Shown piece after piece: positions 18,958 to 28,732 of a stretch of DNA of 64,000 bases. The notes under the pieces were generated by a model that saw nothing but the letters and a program-made list of their open reading frames with translations, was not told where the DNA came from and made no database searches. The stretch covers positions 4,032,001-4,096,000 of the forward strand of contig CP170459.1 of NCBI GenBank assembly GCA_047947115.1. Direction: 5' to 3'. This DNA comes from Verrucomicrobiota bacterium. Lineage in GTDB: Bacteria > Verrucomicrobiota > Verrucomicrobiia > Limisphaerales > AAA164-E04. Both the position numbers and the translations under genes were made by a program. Each line of letters opens with the position of its first letter. Position 1 is the stretch's first letter.

Positions 18958-21900
18958 TCAAGGCTGGATACTTGCGCGGTAAAAGAGGATGATGGGAATT
19001 CCCTGGTCGTCCGTTGGGACCGGATAGATACTTTCGATTCCTTCCGCATTGCCGAAGTGGAACCAATTAACAAAATCACTGGAATACTCCACTCGATACC
19101 GGATACCTTCCTGACCCCGCACAACCAGGCTCAACTCTCCATTCAGGTTTCTGCGAATACGTATTTTGGGAGGAGAAAGCTGTTCGCCTGTCACATGGAG
19201 AATTTGTTCGGAACAGACCACACCGGTGTTGTTGGAACTGGAACATATCGAAATGGTATAATCTCCCGGCGAAACGGCCCGCATCAACAGTTGAGCCTGA
19301 ACCCCTCCACCTGCCCCACTGGTGAGGCGTCCAAGATTCAGCACGACACGACCAGTGGCTACATTACGACTCCATCCCAGCCCTTGGGACATGATGACCT
19401 CTTCCAGAGCCACACCCTCTGGCATGAACAACTCAACACGCCCCCCTGTCAGTTCGCATGCTCCATTGTTGACGAAAAGAAAAGTCTGGTGAACTTGTTC
19501 ACCCGTTCGCGCCTCTGCCTGCCACGAAACAGGCAGCACCGGCAACACGGCATTGGAACATCCCCCGCAACGCATGGCCCAGCAAACGGCATTCTGGAAT
19601 AGTCTTTTTCTTTGCATGACGCTGTGGTCGTCCCCGTTTCCTGCCAGTGTAAAATTAAGAGAGACTGTCCTGGCTTGCCCGAAATCAGGTTCATTGCCTG
19701 CCGGAGATCTTACCACCAAATCAGTATCACCCGAGAACCCGATCACTTCGGCCTCGTCATCGGCAATACCTCTGTCAGTTTCGAAAGACAGAACAAAAGG
19801 TTCCACATGACCGAATCGGCCATCCAGAATATTGCGAAAGAAACCGGTCTCCTGGAGGTCCAATGGTTCAGTGACGATTTGGCTCCCAAAGGAACGCAGG
19901 TGAATTAATTGATGCCATTGTGCTTTTTCAGATTCACTCAGTGATTCCGTATTGGAAGCGATGCGGTGTCCCAGTATAAACACCGATTTGGAGAGCGTGG
20001 AGATCATTTGTTTCAGCGCCTGCACCATTATTGGTTGAACACCTTTCTGATCTTCCACAATGACCATGGCCAGATCAAAACGATCCAGCATAGTGGTTGT
20101 TATTTCACCTGAATGCACGACCCTGGAACCAACACCCATTTCGAATAAATACTCCTGAATCAGCGCTAGCTCGGCGGAACCCGGATCATCCACCAGCAAC
20201 GCAACCTGCAAACACGTGTCGGAAACGCCTGCCCGCACGGGTTCAGACACCACCGTGGAACCGTCCTCCCTGAATGCAACGGCGCTGAGCAGAAAATCAC
20301 CCACTTCATCCGCTTCCCATTGGAACGTATAGGGAGGAGCATTGCGCACTCCTCTCAGTTCGTCACCTGCAAAAAAATGGACAACATTTCCATCCGGATC
20401 CCCTCCCGCCAACTCGACTTCAATATCCACAAGTTGTCCGACGCAAACCACTGTGGAGTCCTCGGGTGTCACTATTCCAAGCGTGAAATCCGGAGGGCGT
20501 TCGACGACTTCGATCCTGATGTATTCTGTCTGTGCGACGGCTTGATTATCATCTTCAACCAATGCTTTCAGCTCATAGAATCCGGTGGTATCAGGTTTCC
20601 ATTGTAGAAGCGTGGTTACTGGCGACCGTTTAGACAGCATCTGATCATTGGCGAAAAACGTGACCGAATGAACGGAGCCGTCCGGATCAAAAGCTTCAAC
20701 TTCCAGAGAGACTATGTCCCCCTCAAAGAATTTTGATGCATTCTCCGGATGAATCCACCGGATACTGGGACCTTGGTTGGGTCGCTTCAAAACGGTGATC
20801 TGGAACTGTCGAGCAAACATTCCATTGACCGATTCGCCATCACTAAGTGCCAACTCCACTCTGGTTGTTCCTTCAGCCCCCATTACAGGACGGATAAGAA
20901 TTTGGCCGGTTTGTGAGGCCCCGTCATAAATGACTTCGGGGTCATCTATCAGCGCTGCATCTTCTGAACGAGCGGTGATGGTCAGGTGTTGATTTTCAAA
21001 GGTGGAACCGTCATGAATTCCCTTAATTAGGACGGCCCGGACCCCTTCTCCGGGATTCATGACCAAATCCTCCACCGGATCAAAAAAAGGTCTGTCATTC
21101 ACCTCGCGAACACTGATGAGAAAGTCGGCTTCAGAAAACGCGCCCTCAGGGTCTGTTACGCGAAGAGTCCCGGTTGCCGAACCGGAATGATCAGCTGCGG
21201 GAGACAACCTGAGCCGGGCTCGACCATGCTGCACGATCCATTGCCACCCTCCGTTCTCCGGGAATAAATCAGGTCGATCGGTTCGAAAACTCCAGCTCAA
21301 CAAATTCGTGTCATGATCCGAATCCTGAGCATTCAAGGTCAAAATTCGCGAGCGGTCCTCGAAAATGACAATATCAGAAGGGGGTGTCAAAACCGGAGCA
21401 GCATTGACTGAATTTTGAAACAGAACCACCACCGATTGCTCCACCATGCGTTCGGGTTCTTCATCTGTAATGAGACGCACAGTCAATGATGCCTCACCGT
21501 TTTCTCCCGTTGTTACAGGTAGACCGGACACCCCCCAGAATTGTCCGACAAATTCAACAGGAAACACTTGTCCAGGTCGGGCGGAAGAAAGCGCTTCCAT
21601 GCGTTTGATAGGTACCGGGCTGGCAATGTTCCGAAAAATATCAACAAGTTGCGCAGCGGATTTCGCATGTCGATAATTGGCACAAGTGGCTCCCGCAATG
21701 GTCTGGAGTAATGCCGATCCTTCAGACGGATTGGCTCCCAGATAAACGGTATGCACCTTGACGTTTTCATTGCTCGCGCGGAATGCCGCATCCGCAGCAC
21801 TGCCAGCTGAACTTTCCCCATCGGAAAATAGAATGATACTTCGAGCCACGTCCGCGGCATCTTGTGCCAATATTTCGTCGAGAGCCACCTGCATAGCCTG

Positions 21901-24150
21901 TTCGATATTGGTGCCACCGGACTGATCAAATTGATCCAAGCGGGCAAGTACCTGTTCAAAATTCTCCGTCAATGGCTGAACCAGGCGAGCGGACTGATCG
22001 AAGTCCACCAGGCCAATGCGAATATTCAGCCCCTTTGGCATGGCTTTGACGAAGTTCCTAACCGCACTCAGGCGCAGATCTTGCGGATCGGTTGTTTGCA
22101 GACTCTCTGAACTATCCAGTGCCAAAACAAGATCAATGCCTCTTACCCCAGGGCTTTCTCCGATACTGCCTGCCATGGTCACTTCGGAATCGTTGAGAAC
22201 ATTACCTGATTCAGGGAAAGCGATGGTCAGCGAGGGAAGCGGAAAGCCTCCCCCTTCGTTGCTCACCGGGCAGTGCTCCAATCGTTCGAGTTGAAAGCCG
22301 TAGTGCGCCTGAGTTGTGGAAGCGTGATAACATTCCAATCGATAGGTGCCTTGTTGGGTAATGGTGATGAACTGGGTATAGGAAGCTGCGGGGCGCAATG
22401 GACCGTCGAACAAAACCCTTTTACCGGGAGTGATCAAACGCCACATCAATGTTGGCGATCCGCTGCCGAGTGTCGGGCGAAAATGCCAGGTTTCCGGCTT
22501 GTCGGCACGGATCAGATAGGTGTCCACCTCACCTGGAACATTCAGTATCCCCTCTCCCGTTCCGTTTTGGGCGGGAACCACCTCAAATGGTTCCATACCC
22601 TTGCTGAACAATTCCGGAGGAGGGACATTCCAGATTCGAAACGCATACTTGCCGGTGCCTGCGTGTTGGGAACCACCGACAATCACTTGATAGGAACCCG
22701 ATTCCGAAAGAACCAACACCCCCGGATCTTTACAACGCAGGCATTCCTCAAACATTACCCTTCCTTCAGGATCTTCCATGCGCCAGCTCAAGAAACCTAA
22801 TTCACGATCAGCCTGCAACGATTCGACAAACACCGACTGACCTGCAACAGCATTGAACCGATACACATCCTGAGCTCCGGGAACTCCGATATGGCCGGCT
22901 CCTTCCCCGGGTTGGTTGAAAGTGATCAAATCCCCCAGTTCGATGGAAAATTCTTCGTTGGCTGGCACCGGCTGTAGGTGAATCCGGTAAGCTCCCTTCC
23001 CGCTTGCAATATTTCCTCCAATAGTCATTCGGTATTCACCAGCTTGACTCAGGTAAACAAGGCCTGGATCTCCTGAGAAGAAATGGGTGGAGAGGACCCT
23101 TTGGTTTTCCGGTCCCAGCAACTGCCATTCGGCAAATTGAAGATCCCTGTCGGCATCCACGAGGTCCAGAAACAACCAACCTGGTTCAGCCATGGTCCAG
23201 CTATAAACGTCAGTTGATCCCGCCACCTGAATAAAGCCCGCACCCGGCAGACTGCTATCCAGTTCCAAAGCCTGTGAAACATCAATCGGCAACTCATCCG
23301 GAGGAGGGATGGTATCAAGCTGAAAATGATAACTCCCTAGAGCGGCGCTTTCTGAATCCCCAATGACCAGGGAAAATATTCCGGATTCGTTCAAAGTGAT
23401 GATGCTTGGGGAGTATTGGGCCAAGTCACCTGAGTATAGGGCCCCAAGCGTCGGGCTGAACAAGCTCCAGTTCACATCGTCGAGCGTTCGTTCAAAAGCA
23501 ATCAATCGAAAAACGATTTGTTGACCAGCTTCAACCTGAAACAAATACTCATCCCTTGCACCCGGCGATTCAATCACCCCAGCACCTTCAAATTCAGTCG
23601 ATTTACCGTCAATTTCGGTCCCAAGGGCAATGTGGAATTCCTGGGGATCCGGGACCGAATAAAGGCGAAAGGCGTAATCCCCTACCACATTCAAATCCGA
23701 GCGACCGACGACAATCTGATATTCACCTGTACGCGGCAATGTCAAAAAGCCATGGTCACGACAGGCAAAACACTGAAGAGAAATGGATTTTCCGGTTGGA
23801 TCGAACACTTCCCAGGTCACAAAACTCAAATTTGGATCATGCGTCAACATGTCCAGAAAGATTGACTGTCCGGGCGCTCCTTCAAACACATAGATGTCCT
23901 GCTCTCCTCGCTTGCCAATCCGCCCCGCCCCAACTCCCGGTTGATCGCGAGAAACAGTCTGGTCCAGGGAAATGGTAAATGTCTCGGCAATAGCCTGGCC
24001 AAGTAAATTCATAAAGAGCGCGCTTGCGAGCGCCAAAGCTGCAAACATCCTGCGAGCGACATAGGTGAAGGTCGCACCGTTTGGGCATCCCCATCCCGCC
24101 ATGTGAACATCCGAAAGGGATGGCTCGTCTTTTCTGAAACAATCAAGCAT
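18958..24150 (-). CDS. Large secreted multidomain protein: about five PPC-like repeats, vWA, Ig/cadherin-like domains, C-terminal conserved domain (start may be ATG 24048)
   Basis: Repeats GAGxIxxxGxxDxYxF…GxYxF; vWA MIDAS DSSES…GGTN…FSDG; VNAAP/VNDRP Ig linkers. Confidence 0.85.
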   Translation of the reverse strand: MLDCFRKDEPSLSDVHMAGWGCPNGATFTYVARRMFAALALASALFMNLLGQAIAETFTISLDQTVSRDQPGVGAGRIGKRGEQDIYVFEGAPGQSIFLDMLTHDPNLSFVTWEVFDPTGKSISLQCFACRDHGFLTLPRTGEYQIVVGRSDLNVVGDYAFRLYSVPDPQEFHIALGTEIDGKSTEFEGAGVIESPGARDEYLFQVEAGQQIVFRLIAFERTLDDVNWSLFSPTLGALYSGDLAQYSPSIITLNESGIFSLVIGDSESAALGSYHFQLDTIPPPDELPIDVSQALELDSSLPGAGFIQVAGSTDVYSWTMAEPGWLFLDLVDADRDLQFAEWQLLGPENQRVLSTHFFSGDPGLVYLSQAGEYRMTIGGNIASGKGAYRIHLQPVPANEEFSIELGDLITFNQPGEGAGHIGVPGAQDVYRFNAVAGQSVFVESLQADRELGFLSWRMEDPEGRVMFEECLRCKDPGVLVLSESGSYQVIVGGSQHAGTGKYAFRIWNVPPPELFSKGMEPFEVVPAQNGTGEGILNVPGEVDTYLIRADKPETWHFRPTLGSGSPTLMWRLITPGKRVLFDGPLRPAASYTQFITITQQGTYRLECYHASTTQAHYGFQLERLEHCPVSNEGGGFPLPSLTIAFPESGNVLNDSEVTMAGSIGESPGVRGIDLVLALDSSESLQTTDPQDLRLSAVRNFVKAMPKGLNIRIGLVDFDQSARLVQPLTENFEQVLARLDQFDQSGGTNIEQAMQVALDEILAQDAADVARSIILFSDGESSAGSAADAAFRASNENVKVHTVYLGANPSEGSALLQTIAGATCANYRHAKSAAQLVDIFRNIASPVPIKRMEALSSARPGQVFPVEFVGQFWGVSGLPVTTGENGEASLTVRLITDEEPERMVEQSVVVLFQNSVNAAPVLTPPSDIVIFEDRSRILTLNAQDSDHDTNLLSWSFRTDRPDLFPENGGWQWIVQHGRARLRLSPAADHSGSATGTLRVTDPEGAFSEADFLISVREVNDRPFFDPVEDLVMNPGEGVRAVLIKGIHDGSTFENQHLTITARSEDAALIDDPEVIYDGASQTGQILIRPVMGAEGTTRVELALSDGESVNGMFARQFQITVLKRPNQGPSIRWIHPENASKFFEGDIVSLEVEAFDPDGSVHSVTFFANDQMLSKRSPVTTLLQWKPDTTGFYELKALVEDDNQAVAQTEYIRIEVVERPPDFTLGIVTPEDSTVVCVGQLVDIEVELAGGDPDGNVVHFFAGDELRGVRNAPPYTFQWEADEVGDFLLSAVAFREDGSTVVSEPVRAGVSDTCLQVALLVDDPGSAELALIQEYLFEMGVGSRVVHSGEITTTMLDRFDLAMVIVEDQKGVQPIMVQALKQMISTLSKSVFILGHRIASNTESLSESEKAQWHQLIHLRSFGSQIVTEPLDLQETGFFRNILDGRFGHVEPFVLSFETDRGIADDEAEVIGFSGDTDLVVRSPAGNEPDFGQARTVSLNFTLAGNGDDHSVMQRKRLFQNAVCWAMRCGGCSNAVLPVLPVSWQAEARTGEQVHQTFLFVNNGACELTGGRVELFMPEGVALEEVIMSQGLGWSRNVATGRVVLNLGRLTSGAGGGVQAQLLMRAVSPGDYTISICSSSNNTGVVCSEQILHVTGEQLSPPKIRIRRNLNGELSLVVRGQEGIRYRVEYSSDFVNWFHFGNAEGIESIYPVPTDDQGIPIILFYRASIQP

Positions 24151-24329
24151 ATCTGTTTGTGATACAATTCCTCACACAAGGCCCACCGAACAACTAGACC
24201 ATCACAAAAATGACAATATAGCATAACTTGTGCTAACTTGCAGCGCCAAGGGTGGATAATTTGAGGTGTGTGTCAGGATTGATCCCATTCAATCCGCCAA
24301 GTGCATCACCTAAAAACAACACAGCACAT

Positions 24330-24358
24330 TTGACAAGTGCCACCCTGGACCGTATATG
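24330..24358 (+). promoter_or_regulatory. Putative sigma70 promoter
   Basis: TTGACA-17 bp-TATATG upstream of the peroxiredoxin gene. Confidence 0.5.
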
Positions 24359-24401
24359 AAAGGCACGTATTTTGCGACATAACTGAACAAAAATTGTAAA
24401 T

Positions 24402-24881
24402 ATGGCAATCTCAATAGGAACAAAAGCTCCGGATTTCACCTTGAAATCCAAAAATGCGGACGGTGTCAGCGACATCCAACTCAGCGCCAACCTCAACAAG
24501 AAAAACACAGTTATTCTGTTTTTCCCTTTAGCCTTCACGGGTGTATGCACCACTGAACTTTGTGATGTCACTGCCGGATTGGGTCAATACAGCGACCTGA
24601 ATGCGGATGTCATCGGTATCAGTGTGGACAGCCCCTTTGCACAGGAAGCTTGGGCACAAAAAGAAAACATCGGCATTACCCTTGCCAGCGATCTGAACAA
24701 GAAAACCGCCGCTGACTACGGAGTCTTACTGGATGATCTCCTGGGATTCGGTGCGACCAGCGCTCGCGCAGCATTCGTGGTCGACAAGGAAGGTGTCGTG
24801 CAATACGCCGAACAGACCCCTACCCCGAAGGACCTGCCAAATTTCGATGCCATCAAGGCATGTTTGCAAGGCTTGCAGTAA
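24402..24881 (+). CDS. Peroxiredoxin (AhpE/BCP-like redoxin)
   Basis: FFPLAFTGVCTTELC (PxxxTxxC), ISVDS, RAAF motifs. Confidence 0.9.
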   Translation: MAISIGTKAPDFTLKSKNADGVSDIQLSANLNKKNTVILFFPLAFTGVCTTELCDVTAGLGQYSDLNADVIGISVDSPFAQEAWAQKENIGITLASDLNKKTAADYGVLLDDLLGFGATSARAAFVVDKEGVVQYAEQTPTPKDLPNFDAIKACLQGLQ

Positions 24882-24911
24882 TCCCCTCTTAAAGCTCTAC
24901 ACTTTTACACC

Positions 24912-24954
24912 CGCCCTGCCTCCGAACCATTTTGGTCGAGCAGGGCGTTTTTTT
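24912..24954 (+). terminator. Intrinsic terminator
   Basis: CGCCCTGC…GCAGGGCG stem followed by T7. Confidence 0.8.
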
Positions 24955-25078
24955 GTGTTGGTTTAATGCGTAGTGCGGGAAAGTGATCGAAAATACGAAA
25001 TCCCCCATCATGGGTGTGGGCCCTGTGGACCAGCGAGGCATGGGATCCCCAAACTTTGGTGTAGACCCTCTTTTTGAG

Positions 25079-25154
25079 TGGTGGAGCCGTGGGGAGTCGA
25101 ACCCCAGACCCCCACAATGCCATTGTGGTGCTCTACCAACTGAGCTACGACCCC
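25079..25154 (-). tRNA. tRNA-Ala (GGC)
   Basis: 76 nt GGGGTCGTAGCTCAGTTGGTAGAGC-ACCACAATGGCATTGTGG-…GGTTCGACTCC…CTCCACCA; G3:U70, A32-U38, encoded CCA. Confidence 0.97.
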
Positions 25155-25270
25155 ACTCAAAGAGGAAGGACTTTATGGTTTATGTCCGGCTTGTTGTCAA
25201 AAGGAAAATCAAATTTTGAAGTTTTTTTTTCAAAAACTCCAAAGGAAGCTCCCCACTATGGGCCCAGGGT

Positions 25271-26173
25271 CTAAATATCGTATTGCGTCAGACTGTCAGG
25301 ATCCATTGGCATTGTTAACAAAACTTTGAATGTGGATCCCATGGTCAGACGGCTTTCAAGGGCGATTCGGCCTCCCATGTGTTGGACAATTTTTTTACTG
25401 ATCGCCAACCCCAAACCAGTTCCCCCGTAATTGTGGCCATCGGCCTTGCCATGCGCCTGAGAGTATACGTCAAATATGCTCTCCAACTGATTCTGAGGTA
25501 TACCAATACCGGTATCCGCCACTGATATCTCAAGGTTGACGTCACCTTGCTTGGTCGCTTCAGCTTCTGTGTGGATTCGAATGGATCCCGAATCCGTGAA
25601 CTTGACCGCATTGGCCATCAAATTGAGGAGCACCTGGCGCATACGATTCTTATCCCCAATGACAATCAAAGGTAAATCCGTATTGAATGTGGTCTCAAAA
25701 CTCAGGCTTTTCCGGCGAAGTTCCGCTTGAAACAATTTGGAGCAATCCTGAATGAGTTTACGCAATGAAAAGGAATCCTGATCCAGCTCCAGCTTGCCTG
25801 ATTCCATCTTGGAGACATCCAGTAAATCGTTAACCAGAGACATGAGTGTTCCCGTGGATTCATCCAACACTGAAACGTAATCACTTTGCTCCTCATTTAA
25901 AGGGGTGTCCTTCAGCAGCCGTATCATGCCGCACATACCATTAAGAGGATTGCGAATTTCGTGGCTCACATTTGCCAGGAGCAGACTCTTTTGCCGACTG
26001 GCTGTTTCGGCTATTTTGCGTTCTGCGTCGTGTTTCTCCTGTATGGCTTGTTGTACTCTTTTCGCCGAACGATAAAAGACCTCGGCAAAAATCATTCCCG
26101 TAACGATCACTGCCATGATGATTGTGATGGTCTGATATCCTCCTCGGCATGATTGCTCCACATGACTGACCAA
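25271..26173 (-). CDS. Sensor histidine kinase core (HisKA + HATPase), probably N-terminally truncated
   Basis: H-box NVSHEIRNPL, N-box NLMANAVKFT, DTGIG, GGTGLGL; one TM helix, no receiver domain. Confidence 0.8.
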   Translation of the reverse strand: MVSHVEQSCRGGYQTITIIMAVIVTGMIFAEVFYRSAKRVQQAIQEKHDAERKIAETASRQKSLLLANVSHEIRNPLNGMCGMIRLLKDTPLNEEQSDYVSVLDESTGTLMSLVNDLLDVSKMESGKLELDQDSFSLRKLIQDCSKLFQAELRRKSLSFETTFNTDLPLIVIGDKNRMRQVLLNLMANAVKFTDSGSIRIHTEAEATKQGDVNLEISVADTGIGIPQNQLESIFDVYSQAHGKADGHNYGGTGLGLAISKKIVQHMGGRIALESRLTMGSTFKVLLTMPMDPDSLTQYDI

Positions 26174-26196
26174 TGGGGTAGTTTACGCCCGAGTGA

Positions 26197-27612
26197 CTAT
26201 TCAGCAATACAGTAAAGGTGATGATGGCTTCTGACATACAAAGCATCTCCGCTGACAACGGGTGAAGCATCAATATCATCACTCAATTCGTTGATTGAAA
26301 GCACGTTTAAGGTGTCGGAACTATCAATCACAATGGTTATACCGTTCCTGCCAGCCAGGTAAACCCGATTGGCGGCCCCGACTGGCGATGCATAAAAGCC
26401 GGATGGCCCCTGGAGTCTTTGCTGACTGTAAAACGGTTCTCCCGTTTTAGGGTGCACGCAGGTAATGACCGCATTGTTCCCCTGAGTGAACCATATTTTT
26501 CCATCATATAGCAATGGGGACGGCACATAGGGGGTTCCGCGATTGATTTCCCATTTGATGTAGTCCGATCCGGTCAAATCCCCTTTTCCGCCCAATGCAA
26601 TCGCCATGGCCATGTTTCCCCGGTAGCCCGATACTGCATAGACGTTTTCTCCGTCGGCAACCACGGAAGGGATGGCATTGGTGGTTTGTCCTCCGCATTC
26701 CCAAATCAGTTCCCCTGTTTCCAGATGATAGGATCGAACTTTGTTGGTGGCGTTGATGATGACTTGCGTCACCCCCTGGTGAGTGAGCACATAGGGCGTG
26801 GTCCATCCGGTTTTCTCATCACGCCGCTGCTTCCATAATTCTTTGCCGGTCCTTTTATCAAATGCATAGACGAACGAATCAGATTCATTGTCCCACAGGA
26901 CGATCAGCGTATTGCCATGCAAGGTTGGTGAAGCCCCTTCTCCAAATCCATTGCGCGAGGGCATGTTGCCTAGGTCCTTGTCCCAGATTTCATTTCCATC
27001 CATGTCGTAGCAGTATAATCCACGTGAACCGAAAAAGGAGATGACATGCTCCCCGTCCGTTACAGCTGAGGCGGAACTGTAGGTATTGGTGGGGTGATGT
27101 CCTTCATGTGGGATTTCTTTGCCACCTTCACGCGTCCACAGCGTCTCTCCCGTATTTTTATGGATGCAAAAAGTGGTAAAAGCATATTCCTGTGTCGGCG
27201 CCGCGCCACCACTTCCGCCGCGCCTGCGCCGTTGCTCCTGTGAAGCGGGGGGGCGATCGGCTTGCTCAAGAGATGCCTGGGGGGGATTTACCGGAACAGC
27301 CGAAAGCAAAAACAAACGCTCCTCCCAAATCACTGGTGTCGAATGGCCTTCGCCGGGAATGTCTTTTTTCCATTTGATATGCTTGGTTTCACTCCATTCA
27401 ACGGGAGGATTTCCAGTTAGTGCATACCCATTGGCTGTGGGGCCACGCCATTGCGGCCAATTCGTTGACTCGGCAGCCTCGGCGGATACGATGACAGCAA
27501 TTGCCCCGATAACGGAACAGCAGAGGGTTGGATAATTTTTGCTCATATGATGCATATCTGTGTCGTTAAGTAGTTGCAGGAGTATGATCCGAAACTTTTG
27601 AATGTATTCCAC
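26197..27612 (-). CDS. PQQ-binding-like (BamB-type) beta-propeller protein (true start probably ~27545-27555)
   Basis: NWPQWRGP, W…PGEGHSTP and repeated TG…W / SP motifs. Confidence 0.85.
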   Translation of the reverse strand: MEYIQKFRIILLQLLNDTDMHHMSKNYPTLCCSVIGAIAVIVSAEAAESTNWPQWRGPTANGYALTGNPPVEWSETKHIKWKKDIPGEGHSTPVIWEERLFLLSAVPVNPPQASLEQADRPPASQEQRRRRGGSGGAAPTQEYAFTTFCIHKNTGETLWTREGGKEIPHEGHHPTNTYSSASAVTDGEHVISFFGSRGLYCYDMDGNEIWDKDLGNMPSRNGFGEGASPTLHGNTLIVLWDNESDSFVYAFDKRTGKELWKQRRDEKTGWTTPYVLTHQGVTQVIINATNKVRSYHLETGELIWECGGQTTNAIPSVVADGENVYAVSGYRGNMAMAIALGGKGDLTGSDYIKWEINRGTPYVPSPLLYDGKIWFTQGNNAVITCVHPKTGEPFYSQQRLQGPSGFYASPVGAANRVYLAGRNGITIVIDSSDTLNVLSINELSDDIDASPVVSGDALYVRSHHHLYCIAE

Positions 27613-27740
27613 TTATTGACTTTCAGTGAAACGGATTGGTTACACAAAACATGTGGAAATGTTCCGCATCTGGTTTGACAGAGCAAAGACTCGTCCACAT
27701 AGTTCTGTCCCATCATCCGATAAGAATCCTTTCTCATTTT

Positions 27741-28685
27741 ATGAACAAACGAACCTTTATCAAAACGAGCGCCGGCCTGGCTGGATTAACTGCACTGGGA
27801 AGTGCCTGCCGAACGATGGAGCACTCTCCAACGGAAGCTTCCACTCTTCACCTCCAAAGCCGTATTAAGCTCGGGATATCCAGCTATTCCTACTGGCATT
27901 TCAGGGATCCAAAAACGAGCATTGAAACCGTGATCGACAAATCGGCGGCATTGGGCGTCGAGGGAGTGGATATTCTGCATCGTCAGATGGAATCCGAAGA
28001 TACCGCTTATCTCCAGAAATTGAAACGACACGCATTCATCAATGGAATTGACCTGATAGCCCTTTCCATCCATCAGGATTTTGTCGATCCCGACCCTCAA
28101 GTCAGAAAGCAACACATTCAACATACCTTGAAGTGCATTGACCTGGCGCATGAAATGGGCATCCCCTGCATCCGTCTGAACTCCGGACGATGGAACACCA
28201 TCAACTCGTTTGATGATCTGATGGCGGCGCGCGGCTTGGAGCCCATCCTTCCCGGTTACACAGAACAAGACGGATTTGACTGGTGCATTGAAAGCATTGA
28301 AGCCTGTATGAACCACGCCGAGCGACAGGGCGTCATTCTGGCTCTGGAAAACCATTGGGGCCTTACCCGCACTCCCGAAGGATTATTGCGCATTTTAAAC
28401 GCTATTGATTCCCCCTGGCTGGGCGGGTTGCTGGACACTGGAAACTTCCTTGAAAACCCGTATGAAAAGTTGGAACAAATCGCCTCGAGAGCCGTTTTCG
28501 TTCAAGCCAAAACATACGAAGGAGGCGGAGAATGGTATACCTTGGACCTGGACTATGACCGGATTGCATCCATCTTGAAAGCCGTCCAATACCGGGGATA
28601 CGTCTCCCTTGAGTTTGAAGGCAAAGCGCCGGCGGATGAAGGCGTCGCCAAAGGCATCTCCACATTGAGGTCTGCGTTGACCTGA
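27741..28685 (+). CDS. Tat-exported sugar phosphate isomerase/epimerase (TIM barrel)
   Basis: MNKRTFIK Tat-like leader; LENH, DTGN and EFEG motifs. Confidence 0.85.
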   Translation: MNKRTFIKTSAGLAGLTALGSACRTMEHSPTEASTLHLQSRIKLGISSYSYWHFRDPKTSIETVIDKSAALGVEGVDILHRQMESEDTAYLQKLKRHAFINGIDLIALSIHQDFVDPDPQVRKQHIQHTLKCIDLAHEMGIPCIRLNSGRWNTINSFDDLMAARGLEPILPGYTEQDGFDWCIESIEACMNHAERQGVILALENHWGLTRTPEGLLRILNAIDSPWLGGLLDTGNFLENPYEKLEQIASRAVFVQAKTYEGGGEWYTLDLDYDRIASILKAVQYRGYVSLEFEGKAPADEGVAKGISTLRSALT

Positions 28686-28732
28686 ACGTGGGATCAATGA
28701 ACCTTCCCTGGGGAATTTAATCGACTGATCCA

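Noticed and set aside
18869..19066. N-terminal extension of the GntR ORF
   Set aside because: Covers the operator/promoter and overlaps the upstream gene; the real start is ATG 18868
25079..25154. tRNA-Ala as an integration site for an island
   Set aside because: No integrase and no duplicated tRNA 3' end found in the window
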